DNA of 64,000 nucleotides from Chrysomallon squamiferum (GCA_012295275.1 CM022672.1:124001-188000), one strand, 5' to 3'. Positions 14,186-27,169 are shown, counted from the stretch's first letter. Made by a program: numbers and translations. The notes: generated by a model not told the origin, from the letters alone.

Positions 14186-15427
14186 TATAAATTTGAAGTT
14201 TACACACATTCAAAACCATTTATCAAAGAGGGAACTGTATTGAAATTATGATCTTTATTAAAAGTAGATAATTAGTTAAGGAGATGAAATAGGTTTGAAT
14301 TTTATTATTTGCAGATAATAGAGTTAGCTGATTAAAAATACTCATTAATTTTTAACATTTAGTCATGCAAAACAGCTGAATTACTGTGGTTGGTAGTATT
14401 GAGAGGTTACGTTATTCAGTACTGAGGATGTGCTGGTGTTATTTAATTTTTTTAAATATATTTATTATTTTTTAAAAACAGTTTTAATGTATTGATTTCA
14501 TTTACAAATACAGCTGACATACTGTGTCTTTTTGCTTGTCTGTCTGTTTTGTTGTTACTGATATCCATGCATAAAACAAAAGTCAGAGTGAACATATTGC
14601 TTGAGTACTTTTCAAATGAACATTTTAGAATGGTAACATTTGCAGATGGTTTTTTTTTTTTTTTTATCTTTCATTTAGAAAAGTTTTCATTTTATTTTTG
14701 GTAAATTTCAGTTACCTACAAAAGAAACAAAATTGTTACAAGTTATGTTGGGTTAATTAGAATTGAAATAAATTTAAAACAGTCTAGAAGAATGGTTAAT
14801 GATAATTTTTAGGAGGTTGATTTAAAAAAATGTTGGCATTGAAAAATGTGAACAATTTAATTATCTTATCCATAACTTTGTTTAATGGTAAAAATGTTTT
14901 TACTTGCATTCCCACATTTTTACATGGTGGAGGCTGATTTTAGGCATTTTGAATCATAGCAAAGCAGAGGAATAAACTGAACATGAAGAGCATGGTAAAT
15001 TACAGCTAAAATTCATTAATTTGCAAACAAGTACTGGAGTTCTTCTCAACCGTATCTCTTTCTATATAAAACAAATTGATTGTAAGTGATTTTAATTGTT
15101 TAGAATAGAAATTAAGTTAAGAAACTGTCTACATATTATTCAGTTATTTAGTAAAATGGTCAGTTCAAGCAAATTGGTTGTGTTTCAGTCAGTCAGTTAG
15201 AAATTGGGTTAATGTAAACTTTCTTGAAGTCAAAGATATACAAGTAGTTTTACTGTGTTAAGAAAATGTAAGGGTAAGCAAGTTTTTGATATTTCTCGGG
15301 TTGCATTCAGATTTCACACAGTGTGTGATTATCTAACTAAATTACATCCCATAATACTTGTTATGAAATAGAAAGAGAAAATGATAGTGCTCTTTAAGAG
15401 ATGACTTGATACAAATTGTATTTTCAG

Positions 15428-15634
15428 GTTATCAAATCCAGTTCAGCCACAATAAAATATAGGTGTGAAGTGTGTGGAAAGGAGTCTGTCGGCAAGTCTA
15501 ATTATCGACATCATATGGAGAAACACAACTTGTCAAGATTTCCTTGTTTGCACTGTGGCAAAAGTTACTCATTTCAATCTGCTTTGAGTCGACATCTAAA
15601 AACATGTCCTGTTAAACAACTTGCATTTAAATAA
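15428..15634 (+). CDS. Alternative terminal exon Z1: C2H2 + C2HC zinc-finger pair
   Basis: tattttcag| phase 0; CEVC..HMEKH / CLHC..HLKTC; stop TAA. Confidence 0.88.
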   Translation, partial: VIKSSSATIKYRCEVCGKESVGKSNYRHHMEKHNLSRFPCLHCGKSYSFQSALSRHLKTCPVKQLAFK

Positions 15635-15890
15635 CCTTCAATGATGTGCATCAGCTAGACATGTTCATTCACAAAGGATCTAGTTGAACATCAGTGGCCT
15701 GGATTTGTGTGTCTTCAGAGAAACAAAACAAGATAAAACTGAAAATGAGGAAATACATTTTTTTAAAATTACTTTATATATACATCCACTGTAGAAAGTT
15801 TCAAACTTTATACATGGTTAAATGGTGTGTTTTGTATTGTTTCAAACTTAACACCTCGGAGGTCTGTAAAATTGTCCTCTATACTTTCAG

Positions 15891-16094
15891 GTGAATTTCT
15901 CTTCCAGTGCTTCTCTGTCTGCAGATGGCTTAACCTGCAAGATATGTGGAGTGGAAGTTCATAGCCAGGTATACCTACGTCAGCACATGGAGAAACATAG
16001 TGCCACCCGTTTCCCATGTAGATTCTGTGGACGCAGTTACTCATTCAAATCATCTCTCAGGAGACACAAACATTCATGTTCTCAAAGATTTTAG
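15891..16094 (+). CDS. Alternative terminal exon Z2: C2H2 + C2HC pair
   Basis: tactttcag| phase 0; CKIC..HMEKH / CRFC..HKHSC. Confidence 0.88.
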   Translation: MNFSSSASLSADGLTCKICGVEVHSQVYLRQHMEKHSATRFPCRFCGRSYSFKSSLRRHKHSCSQRF

Positions 16095-16497
16095 ATTGTA
16101 CATTTTCTAGAAACCATTCCTTCAGTGTTGTATTTAGATATTTTGGGATACATTAAGTGGAAATCTTCTGATGACATTGAGCTGACCATGAAGACTATTT
16201 CTGTTTCATCTACTATAATACTGTTTTGTCTGTGTATGGTGAAATAACTTTGAATTAGTTTCTGAATCAGGGTCATTTTTAATCCAAAACAACATTATTG
16301 TGGTTGTTAACACTGGGAATAATGTGGATTTTGTGCAAATATCAGTTGAACTGGGAGAACTCTTGTAAGAATTGATGGACTTGCTGCTCGAGTTAAATGA
16401 AAAATATGGAAAATAATTTATTGGCAGGCAGATCTATATCTCTGCTGATGGTGTGAGCAGGGATAGATGAGTAAAGGCATTTTTGTTGCATTTCCAG

Positions 16498-16704
16498 ATG
16501 AGGTGTTTACCAGCATCAGGGGATGCACACTGTATGTGTTCTGTATGTAACAAGACTTTCACATCTGTGTTTTATCTTCAACAGCACACGCAGAAGCATG
16601 ACCAGTGTCATCATCCCTGCCTTTTATATAGAAAGAGCTTAACTCTCAAATCAAGTCTCTACAAACATGTTAAAAATAGATGCCATATCAAAAAACAGTT
16701 ATAA
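16498..16704 (+). CDS. Alternative terminal exon Z3: C2H2 plus a degenerate second finger (CLLY; second Cys replaced by Tyr)
   Basis: catttccag| phase 0; CSVC..HTQKH / CLLYRKSLTLKSSLYKHVKNRC; frame open but possibly decaying. Confidence 0.7.
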   Translation: MRCLPASGDAHCMCSVCNKTFTSVFYLQQHTQKHDQCHHPCLLYRKSLTLKSSLYKHVKNRCHIKKQL

Positions 16705-16877
16705 GAAGATAACAAAAATATAAAAATTATTTCTTAGATATCTGAAGGAAATCATTTTTAAGTGATTTTATTTATTTTTCAAACGTTGTTAAATGTACAT
16801 TACTAAGATACATGTGTTGTCCTAAATAAACAAAGACAGCTACTTTGTTGTTTGAAATAAATTTATCTTCTTTTTAA

Positions 16878-16908
<31 letters not shown>

Positions 16909-17256
16909 TTTACTTATTTATTTTAGTTAGTTAGTTTGTTAGTTTTTAATTATCTCACTGTTACAAGTAATTCACCATTATTTTAGAAAAATGAAAATTC
17001 TCAATAGTTAAAATCTTTCTCTACAAGAGGACGCTGTTAAATTTCTTTTAAAAACATATGTATATATACTTATATATTAGCACATTCTTGCATGAGCACA
17101 CACACACATATACACACACACAAATGTAAATATCTGAAATGAGATGCTAATATTATTAGCAGATATGTGAAGTTACAACAGTGGATGGTTTAAACATGTT
17201 TCTGCTTAGTGGACACCTGAAGAGATGTTTATTAGTGCTTTATCATATATTTTCAG

Positions 17257-17472
17257 ATGACATCTATTCGTCATTCAAGTCTCAGCAGTACCAGTGAAAT
17301 TTGCCTCATTTGTAGCAAGACATTTGGATCAAGCACATATTTAAAAGAACATATGCAAAAACATAATGAACGAATGACCTGCAATTTCTGTGGAAAGAGC
17401 TATTCTTTTAAATCTGCTCTCAATCGGCACAAACGATCTTGTCATATCAAAAATTTCCCACTTTTGCAGTAG
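17257..17472 (+). CDS. Alternative terminal exon Z4: C2H2 + C2HC pair
   Basis: tattttcag| phase 0; CLIC..HMQKH / CNFC..HKRSC. Confidence 0.88.
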   Translation: MTSIRHSSLSSTSEICLICSKTFGSSTYLKEHMQKHNERMTCNFCGKSYSFKSALNRHKRSCHIKNFPLLQ

Positions 17473-18607
17473 TTAATGTGAACAATCATAGGGACACTGT
17501 AATAATGTTTAATTATTTGAACTTGTATTAAGACACAGAAATATTATATAATTATTTTTTTCCATTTATTCAAACTATTGTGAAATGTTTTTTACTTTTA
17601 CTTCAAGATATGGTACTCTGTGTGATGTAATCAGCAGTCATAATAATCTGTATTTACAAGCTGCAAAACTGCATATGCGTGTGTGAGTGTAAAATACTGA
17701 CATTCTATTTATATGCTTATTACACAACACCTGTATATACTACATATAATTCTGTGATCTTATCCTAGATGTCTTTTAAGGGCATAGTCTGATAATAGGA
17801 CTCAAAATATTTTATCTTCATGATAAAAAAAAAAATGATGATTTTTTTATTCTAAAATTATGGTGTATTTTTTAACACATTGATTGTATGGTCAGTATAT
17901 GTTAGTGGATCAGATATAACTGCATTACACAAATTTTATATTTTGCCCCAGAATTTCATGAACAAGTTTCTTTAAAATGTTATTTTTTAATTTATTTATT
18001 TATTTATTTATTTTTTCTGATCATTTACTGTTACTTATTTGATGTAAAGTATCAATAACAGAAATGACAGTGTTCAGTAGTTGATATAGAAATTGTGTTT
18101 GAAATAATATAAACATTCTACAAAAGTGTATGCTTAAAAATGTAAAACTTTTGAAAAATATTCATGAATGAAGTAAATAAATGACACAAAGATTCATTTT
18201 TCTTATTTAAAAACTATTTAAGAAGATAAGTAAATTTATTTAATTTTTGTATTTATCTTTATTTTCGAAATATAATTTTATTCTACAGCAATAATTGTGA
18301 ATGCTAAGAAAAATCGTAAGGTTGATTCTGTGGTAGATTATTTGAAAATAAACATATGGATACTTTGTATTGAAGCCTTACACCATCAGTTAATTGGTAG
18401 CTGAGTGACTCTGCAGATAGTGCACATAAGTGTTTGAATTAATGTGAAATATTTGTTCATCTTCTAACTTCTTCATATAAGGATAAATAAAACTATGGAA
18501 ACCATGGTAGCATGTTGCAGATAAAAACCGTGTTGGATGGAAGTTCGATGGCATGCTGCAGATCAGTGGATGCTGCACCATCTGATTGGTTATTCTTGTC
18601 ATTTCAG

Positions 18608-18880
18608 ATGGGTACAATTTTGAGTGTGTTGCCACCGGCAGGCACAACACAACAAGATGCCTCCACTCCAGCTGAGCTTGGTTTCAAGGCAACATTTTCT
18701 TGCTCTGTTTGTGGCAGACATTTTCCTGCAAGTGGTAATTTGCGACAACATATGGAAAAACACAACCAGGCTCGATATTCCTGTGAATTTTGTGGGAAAA
18801 GCTATACATTTAAATCTAATCTTTTCCGCCATAACAGATTTTGTCAGATAAAAGCTTATCACGAGAAGACTAACCTGTAG
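18608..18880 (+). CDS. Alternative terminal exon Z5: C2H2 + C2HC pair
   Basis: gtcatttcag| phase 0; CSVC..HMEKH / CEFC..HNRFC. Confidence 0.88.
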   Translation: MGTILSVLPPAGTTQQDASTPAELGFKATFSCSVCGRHFPASGNLRQHMEKHNQARYSCEFCGKSYTFKSNLFRHNRFCQIKAYHEKTNL

Positions 18881-19027
18881 GTGGAAGAAAAACTAGCTTT
18901 TTTGAAAACACTGAACAATTGCTCTTTTGTTTTTGTGCATGGAATCCCAATGACAAACAAGAAGTGAAAATATTTTTATTTTAAACTTAGAAATGTCATT
19001 TACAGAGGCTTGTTTTTGTACTTTCAG

Positions 19028-19234
19028 GCTAATCTCACTCCAGCTATGGCTAACTATTCCTGTCTTACTTGTGGAAAATGCTTCAGTGAGAAGCTGTATT
19101 TACAACAGCATATGGACATGCACCGGGAAACTAAGTTCCCCTGCCCCTATTGTGGCAGAACTTATACCTTTAGATCAAATGTTTGTAGACATGCCAAAAC
19201 CTGTCCTCAAAGGCCAAACATAGGAGGAAATTAA
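19028..19234 (+). CDS. Alternative terminal exon Z6: C2H2 + C2HC pair
   Basis: tactttcag| phase 0; CLTC..HMDMH / CPYC..HAKTC. Confidence 0.88.
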   Translation, partial: ANLTPAMANYSCLTCGKCFSEKLYLQQHMDMHRETKFPCPYCGRTYTFRSNVCRHAKTCPQRPNIGGN

Positions 19235-19389
19235 TAATAAGGGAATTGGAGAGGATTTCTTCTACGTCACTGATCACATACGATTTCTTAAACCAAACCT
19301 CAAGATTTTCATTTTTAAAAAATTGGGGTTGCAGTTAGAATGGCCCAGTGCAGTTATTTGATATAGTATATATTTGTATGTACTTTCAG

Positions 19390-19573
19390 ATGGCAATACT
19401 GTCAAGACAAACATTTTACTGCTGTTTGTGAAAAAACCTTCAGTGAATATTGCTATCTCAGACAACATGAAGAAACACACAAGACTGAGTGATTCGCATA
19501 TCAATTTTGTGGTCTTTTTTCATTGAAGTCAAATCTGTGTCGCCACATAAAACATTGCAAACACATTAAGTAA
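19390..19573 (+). pseudogene. Pseudo-exon of the zinc-finger array
   Basis: tactttcag|ATG..., frameshift in the first CxxC, then CEKTFSEYCYLRQHEETHKTE*FAYQFCG..LKSNLCRHIKHC with an internal TGA and a Cys->Tyr change. Confidence 0.85.
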
Positions 19574-20214
19574 ACAGTATATTTTGTGCAACAACAATAT
19601 ACTACAATAGATATGTGTGTAACTGTCACACCACAATCAATTGTATATATATGTGTAATAGTTATACAGCACATTAAATAAATAGTGTATCAGTGTACAC
19701 CATATTCAAACTGTGTTGTGTGTAATGATATTGCACCATATTAAACAAAGTTATACTGCTTGTAATAATTTTAAACCACATTAACAAACTCTGTAATGTT
19801 TACATTAAATAAATTTGATTGTGACAGTTGTGTGAATTGAAGGAATGTGAACTGGACTTCTAATGAAATTTGAAAGAATATTTAAATAAATAATAAAAGA
19901 GGTTATTTTATATTCACTGTTTTCTGTCTAAATAAAAAAAAATTAAGCATAATATATACACAGAACTAACAAAAATATGTTTGATACTACAGTGAATAGC
20001 AAAACAAATATATGCTCTAGTAATTTTCATTAAATAGTGTTGCATGATCATTTCATTTATATGAAATGATGTGTAATGTCAGTATTGTTTAGTCATTACA
20101 TTATAGCTAGAATAAAAGGGAGGACAAAATACTAAACGGTGCCAACAACAAAAATCATTAGCTAAAAAACAGTTTCTGTTACCAGAAATCAGTTGCCTGT
20201 AGATCAGAATTGCG

Positions 20215-20256
<42 letters not shown>

Positions 20257-20382
20257 AACAAAAACAAATGAACACACACAAAAGTAAAATTTTATAGTTT
20301 TTAATTTTTTAGCTTTGTCACAAGTAAATTTGTTTTTATTTAAACTACATTGTCTTGGTTAAAGCTGTGTATTTATTTTCAG

Positions 20383-20607
20383 GTTGGCACAGAACTATTA
20401 TCCACATTTGCATCACAAAGGCTTACCTGTCCTATATGTGGGAAAACATTCAGTCAACGTGATTATTTAAAACAGCACATGCAGATACATAATAAATCCC
20501 GATTCCCATGTCAGTACTGTGGAAAAAGTTACTCATTCAAAACCAATTTGTGTAACCACCTTAAAATCTGTCGTGTCAAATTCCAGCAGTGGGATTCTAC
20601 AGAATGA
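20383..20607 (+). CDS. Alternative terminal exon Z7: C2H2 + C2HC pair
   Basis: ttattttcag| phase 0; CPIC..HMQIH / CQYC..HLKIC. Confidence 0.88.
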   Translation, partial: VGTELLSTFASQRLTCPICGKTFSQRDYLKQHMQIHNKSRFPCQYCGKSYSFKTNLCNHLKICRVKFQQWDSTE

Positions 20608-21883
20608 CAATGTAGGCTTTAATGTTAATACTCTATAATTTCAGTTTATTTCTTCTCAAGATACTTTATTATGAAAAATATTTATTTATTAACATAGATA
20701 GTTCTGTAGCTTGTTAATTAACTCTTTTGTTATTTTTATAATCTTAAATGTAAATCATAATTTCATTGCAAAACTAGACATAAAATTAAAGATTTTTTTT
20801 TAAAGAGATATAGAATTAGGAAGTCTCTTTAGAATGTTACAGAAATCTTATTAAATACATAAAACATTTGAAATGTCAAAAACTATTTCGTAGGTTCAGC
20901 TGTTCCACTTTTATTGTTTATATTGGTTAACTGCTGTTCATTTGACAGATAGCATCACTTGCATATATGTTGGGCCTTAATCAAGTTGAAAATTGAGAAA
21001 TGATATTATAGATCTATGATGGCACGCTGTATCTGCTGTACAGTGGAAAAAGTGGTTTTCAGTATAAATAGATGCTACTATCTGTTGAATGTTACACTCA
21101 TTTAAACTAGGACTGTTGAAATATTTTATTAAACTTCCATAGTTTTCTAAATTGATCTCATTGATCTGTTTCTTAGAAGAGAAAAAATCGATTTAATGCT
21201 AATTACTATTTATGGATGTTTCCAAACTTAACATTATTTCAGCTTTCAAGAAGTATATATTAGATTTCTCCAGAAAAAAAAAAATTAAATTTAAGAATAT
21301 ATCTATAAAAGAAAATAAGAAAAAAACACAATTGTTGAAAATGAATGATTTTTTAATGAAATTAAGATATTTCATAACATCACTATTATAAATACAAGTG
21401 TAAAAAAAACAGTAATTTATGTCTAGAGTAGATTATTATTTTTAAAACAGTTTTTTTTTTGTTGATGTTTTGTTTTTAAAGTTAAAATTATTGATTTCTG
21501 TAATTATTTCAAGGCATGTATTTATTAATTAATCACAGATGTTTATGGTTTTAATGGATTTTTCATACTGCTGCAGATTTACACAGGTGTAGAGGAAGTG
21601 TAATAAATTTGTCAAAATTGTTTCATTTAAAAACAGACAGTTGTTAATAACAGATCATAGTCATGTGCCATCATGTATTTGTAAACATTTGTTGGATGTG
21701 TATCTTTACAATTATTTTTTTTAAATCACAATTTTAGCATTTTAATAAAAGAGCCAGACTAAACATCATTGTTATATAATAACTAGTATTATGTTTGAAA
21801 CAAGAATTGTGATGTGCTGGATTCAGTGAATAGAAACAAGTTTATTCCACTCAACATTTTGTTAATATAATTGCCTATTTCAG

Positions 21884-22129
21884 ATGGGTAGGATGACATC
21901 TGACACTGGTGGCAGCCCAAGCAAATTGTCATGCCCTGTTTGTGGAAAGTTATTTGCAAAACGTCCTTACCTCAAACAACACATGGAAATACATAGCCGA
22001 TCCCGATTTACCTGCAATAAGTGTGGTCTACATTATTCTATGAAGTCTGCTCTCTGTAGGCATCAGAGGACATGTATAGTGAGGATGTCAGGTGGTGTGC
22101 CTAGCAGTGACAAATCAGAATTTAACTAA
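21884..22129 (+). CDS. Alternative terminal exon Z8: C2H2 + C2HC pair
   Basis: cctatttcag| phase 0; CPVC..HMEIH / CNKC..HQRTC. Confidence 0.88.
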   Translation: MGRMTSDTGGSPSKLSCPVCGKLFAKRPYLKQHMEIHSRSRFTCNKCGLHYSMKSALCRHQRTCIVRMSGGVPSSDKSEFN

Positions 22130-22166
22130 CTGCACACTAAAATGTTTGTGTTGTGTGTACTTTCAG

Positions 22167-22409
22167 GTGACATTACCAAACACAAACATTGAAGCGATGA
22201 CGTCTGTTGTGACGTTGTCGTCAGCTAGGCCTGTCATTTGTGCTACATGTGGACGCCAGTTTAGCAAGAGTCGGTACCTCAGACAACATATGGAGATTCA
22301 TAACAAGTCAAGATACCCATGTCACTACTGTGGCAAAAGTTACACCTTCAAATCTAATTTGTGTAACCACATGAAGATCTGTGAGGTCAGACTTAACTTA
22401 CCAAAATAA
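22167..22409 (+). CDS. Alternative terminal exon Z9: C2H2 + C2HC pair
   Basis: tactttcag| phase 0; CATC..HMEIH / CHYC..HMKIC. Confidence 0.88.
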   Translation: MTLPNTNIEAMTSVVTLSSARPVICATCGRQFSKSRYLRQHMEIHNKSRYPCHYCGKSYTFKSNLCNHMKICEVRLNLPK

Positions 22410-22589
22410 TCCTTGTCTTCGTTTCTAGGATTTGAAACACAAAATACCATGGAAAGTGTTTAATATTCCTGGAGTTATTTTCAGCAGACTTTTTCAAGTA
22501 ATAGTATCAGATCACTTTATGAAAGTTTTGTGCTGCAGAAATCAAGTGAATAACTAATTATCCTCACCGTATTTCTTCTGTTCTTTCAG

Positions 22590-22805
22590 AGGATGCCGAA
22601 CAATTCTATTGAACAGCCAGTTGCAGCACAGTGTCCAATTTGTGGCAGGCAATTTGCTGTCGCGCGGTATCTTCGACAACACTTGGAAGTGCACAGTCAG
22701 ACAAGATATGCTTGTTCAAATTGTGGTAGAAGCTATTCAATGAAATCTGCTCTAAGTCATCATTTAAAAGTTTGTCCTGGAATCCGTGCTGTCACTGGCA
22801 ATTGA
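22590..22805 (+). CDS. Alternative terminal exon Z10: C2H2 + C2HC pair
   Basis: ttctttcag|AGG ATG phase 0; CPIC..HLEVH / CSNC..HLKVC. Confidence 0.88.
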   Translation, partial: RMPNNSIEQPVAAQCPICGRQFAVARYLRQHLEVHSQTRYACSNCGRSYSMKSALSHHLKVCPGIRAVTGN

Positions 22806-24033
22806 TAAAATTACTCTTTGGATATTGCATATTTGTGGCAAAAATATTAGTTGAAAATAATTGACTGGAATCAAATTCCTTTATGAAAAGAGCATAATGA
22901 ACATAAAGGCAGATTGACAGAAAAATTAGATGGGTTTCTGCTTAACATAATTTTATGTTTTATTGTTTTTGAAAATCCATATGTGATGTTTTCAATACTG
23001 TTTAAGCTAATAACTTTTATTGTGTGTGTGTGTGTGTGCAAAAAGCTCTTTAACTTCAAAAGTGACGAGTAAATAATAGCTTTAGAAAATATTAAAAAGA
23101 ATTAAGTTAATTTCTTTTTGAAGAAACTTTTCTGGTGACAGTGATCATTCCAGCTAAAAAGAATGATTTACACCAGCATTTAAATTCATATTATTAGAAT
23201 TTTATTTAGTAATAGTAAATTATTAATTGTTACCGAGAAATTTACAGATACGCTTCCTAACATATAGATGTAGATGCAGGTGTGCAGACATGCACACATA
23301 TATTTGCCAGTTTGAAAATCAGTTCAACAAATGATCAAAATTCATCTGTAGCAAATGTATTCCAGTTGAAACAAATATTTTGGACATACATTTGAAATAA
23401 TGTGATTTTATTGTTTATAATATAGTTTATTTTTCTGGTCCTAAAATTGGCATTGACTTGTAGGCTGTGTTTGCTTTATGTTCAGTGGTATTTTAAAAAA
23501 ACTGTTATTAAGTTAAATGTTTAATGGTAACTCAGCTTTCCTAATTGTGACCTTTGAAAACTAGTATTACAAACATTACCTCCTAACAAATGGGTTTAAG
23601 ACCTGCCTAAACCAAAGACCTGATTCGTCATTCATTTTATCATTAATTTTACAGATTTTATTGTTGTAGATATTACATCTAATATTGTGGACATGGTTAT
23701 TCTCTAAACATGGATGCTATTTACAGAGTTACAAAAAAAAGTGTCTAATACTAAGACACAGAGTAACATTTTGGAACATCTAGTAGAAAGCGAGGTAAAA
23801 CTGCTTTCATTGTAAGCAAGACTGCAGTTCTTAAAGACAATTGTTATTATAACTAGCATTTCCACTATGATTGTAGCTGTTACTTTCATTACAAATGTGA
23901 CTAAAATATAAACATAGAGTAATGTGATTATGCACTTGTGGCAGTTGGCAACATACAATTGATGAGCAGATCTAATGACAACACAGTTAACTGGAAGACA
24001 GCAGAAAGTGATGTTTCATGTTGTGTTTTTCAG

Positions 24034-24234
24034 GTGGACATCACAGGAGAATATCTCAACTGTAAACTTTGTGGAAAACACTTCACTGAAAGTCGTTATC
24101 TCAGACAGCACATGGAGCTGCACAGTGATTCGCGATTTTCTTGCAGTTGCTGTGGCAAAACGTACACATTTAAATCTGGTTTGTCAAGGCATTCCAGACA
24201 TTGTAAAGGTATCAGAAGTGGAAAAAACTTCTGA
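24034..24234 (+). CDS. Alternative terminal exon Z11: C2H2 + C2HC pair
   Basis: gtttttcag| phase 0; CKLC..HMELH / CSCC..HSRHC. Confidence 0.88.
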   Translation: MDITGEYLNCKLCGKHFTESRYLRQHMELHSDSRFSCSCCGKTYTFKSGLSRHSRHCKGIRSGKNF

Positions 24235-24387
24235 AACCACTGCCAAATTACTAGTTAGCTAAGACATTGATGCACTACCAGCACAGAATATGTTTGGTTA
24301 TCATGACAAGTTGTAACAGAGGCTATTTGTCCTTTTTTTGTCTGCATGGTCATTCATGCTTGACAGTTTCATCTGCTATATTTTCAG

Positions 24388-24576
24388 ATGGGAACATCAT
24401 GGCATGCACTTGAGCCCTACCCATGCAGTATCTGTGGCAAAACGTTCAGCACTTACATGTACTTAAAACAACATATGCAGAAACACAACCAGTCAAGATT
24501 CCAGTGTACTTCGTGTGGAAAAAGTTACACCTTCAAGGCTGCCCTTTGTCGACACCAGAGGAATAAATGCCACTGA
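24388..24576 (+). CDS. Alternative terminal exon Z12: C2H2 + C2HC pair
   Basis: tattttcag| phase 0; CSIC..HMQKH / CTSC..HQRNKC. Confidence 0.88.
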   Translation: MGTSWHALEPYPCSICGKTFSTYMYLKQHMQKHNQSRFQCTSCGKSYTFKAALCRHQRNKCH

Positions 24577-26864
24577 TGTGGAATGTTTACATTTCCCACA
24601 CAACATAAGCTGTGTATGGCCACTGAACATTTTTGTTTCCTTTAATTGTAATTTTCCTTCAAAACAGTTAATATGTATTGCCACAGACAGTTAGTGCTCA
24701 TACAGACAGATTTTTTGAAATTGTAAATGAGATGAAATCTAGCTAAATAAATGTTCTGTTGTAATCTTTTAAACAGTTTGAGTATTTAACCTTGAATTTT
24801 TTTTGCAAAATTAACTGAATAATATCTGTTTGATATGTAAAGATATATAAAAATGGGTAAATACAGTTAATAATACTAACAGTAGATGTATTTAAAGTGT
24901 TACAGGCATGTCATTGGTAGAGAAATGGCTAGTACTAGAGCTAAAAAAAAAAATTTCCATGTTAACCTTCATTCAGAATAAGACCCTTGACCCTATTAAT
25001 GACAAATATCTTTTAAAAAATTTGCTCAGTTGTAATACAATTATCTGAAAACATTAATTTGTATATTGTAAGTGATAAGAAAAGCCATTTCACATAAAAA
25101 TATAGTTTGACTAATACCACAGAATATAAAACATTTTAATTGTTAAAAATAATCCATGTGGATAGACCATGATGAACTGGGGGAAAAAAATTAGATTCAG
25201 AAGAAAAATATTAATGTCCTTTGGTAATTATAGATTGTAATAAATGTCCTTTTTAGATAAATGATTAAAAACCAGCAGATAAGATTGGAAGATAACAGTA
25301 AAAGTAGTGGAAATGATAGCCTGTAATAAATATTACACCAGTATTAATGAAAACATTGTAGTTAAATCATTTATAAAGTAAAACGATAACGTCTACTGAT
25401 ATTATTATACATTTGCTACAGAAAATACTGAATTGAAAATACTGAATTAAAAAATGATTAGACTGATGTCTAGACAATAAATTATGATGTAGTATTGATT
25501 AGATAATTTATGTAGCTGATATGGTAATCTACTGCACTGGTACTTGCGTTATAACTGAACTAACTCCTGATAAATCTGTGGTGATGTATTACATGGTTCT
25601 TCTTTCTACATGACATTTGGTTGTAGAATAATACTACTGATTGTATTGTACTGAAAAAAGTAAAACAAGGAAGAAATATTTTATTAACACAAAATATATG
25701 TTTAAATATTCTGTTATGTAGTATTACATAACTAATGAGATATTTGTTTTCTTTATCAGAGAACCTCTGTATGCATCTTCCACTTCACAGGTTTGGTATT
25801 AGATAAATTGGTTAAAGGACACTTGCTGGAATGTGAAATTTCAGATACAGATTGCAGATTTCCATTTCAAAAATTCCAAACTCCAAAACTTACTTCAAGC
25901 CACTGAGACAATGACTGTTTTCAGATGGTTTTGCATACACAAACTTGGTTATTCATTTTCTCTGTCCTGAAATGTTGCTTTCATACAATTGCTGATAATG
26001 GTCACAACCTTTCAAAATGTCTTAAACTGCATAGCAAAATTTTTCTGTTTACAACAAATTCATTAAGAAAAGGCAAAATGTGCATCATATACATTTATGC
26101 AGACTTCTGCTTTTGACACTAAATCTAAACAAGTGAATTCAATTAGATTTCAGCACACATTAATAATGACCACTGTTTCTTAAGCCTTCAAAGAAGCATG
26201 ATCATTTCATCTGATGCAGAAGTCTAATTATGTGCCAGTTGCTGTCATTGTTTTTTTGTTCTGGAATTTACACCTGGTATTCAATGTAGAAATGGTGCCA
26301 GTTTGTGTTTATGTGTCATGAATTTCATTTTTAGACTTAGATCCCTTTGTTGAATTATTTCTGTAATTTTCATCAAACAAAATTTCAAAATCTAAAAATC
26401 TTCAAACTGTATTAACTGTTTGTATGCCTTTTATGACTGTTACAGTAGTCATAATTTTGAATTCTCTGCTACACTGGTCTCAACATTGACTTTCCTGTAT
26501 CGGTACAATTTCATCTTCTCTGCCCAGAGTGTTGCTATAATGTCACAGTTTTGACTGATCCTGGATCAGTAATTATTGCTATAATAATAATAATATTACA
26601 ATTTTTACTTCTCTTATGTCTGTAGTGACTGTTGTAGTTGTCACAATCCATCAGGTTGTAATGTACTGTTGAACTTTTCCATTGACCAGTACTCTGCTTG
26701 GGCGTTGTCTGCTTGTACTATAATTAAACAGCCTGCTGTTAGATACACAGTGTTAATGTACAATTAACAAATTATGGAACTGTAATGAAACAGTAAAAAT
26801 TGGGATAAATAGAGTTTACACTGGAGCTTAGTGATTGACAGTTTAATAATCATGAATTAGTATT

Positions 26865-27140
26865 GAATTAACTGACTTCTGACTAGTGGTATCATTATTT
26901 AGTAATGGTAATTGATTTCTTACTAGTGCTATCAAAAGTTAGTATTGTGTTAATTGATTTCTTTCTAGTTATATCATGAGGTAGTGTTGTTTTGATTTTT
27001 TACTGGTTATATCAAAAGTTACTGTAGTGTTAATTCATTTCTTACTAGTGCTATCATTAGTTAGTGTTCTTTCATTTATTACTAGTGGTATCCTTAGTGT
27101 TGTGTTCATTCATTTCTTACTAGTGCTGTCATTAGTTAAC
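26865..27140. repeat. Degenerate tandem repeat (tttcttactagtgctatca..ttagt..tgt unit) just upstream of exon Z13
   Basis: Recurrent actagtg[g/c]tatca motif with variable spacing. Confidence 0.65.
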
Positions 27141-27169
27141 TGATTAGTAGGTGCTGTTTGTATTTTCAG

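Noticed and set aside
25760-25790. Possible 31-nt micro-exon (cag|A GAA CCT...CAG|gtttgg)
   Set aside because: Weak donor, and its length would shift the frame between the phase-0 donor and the downstream phase-0 exons
25925-26116. ORF after a ttttcag acceptor-like site within the array
   Set aside because: No zinc-finger or HTH motif and no similarity to other modules; cannot be supported
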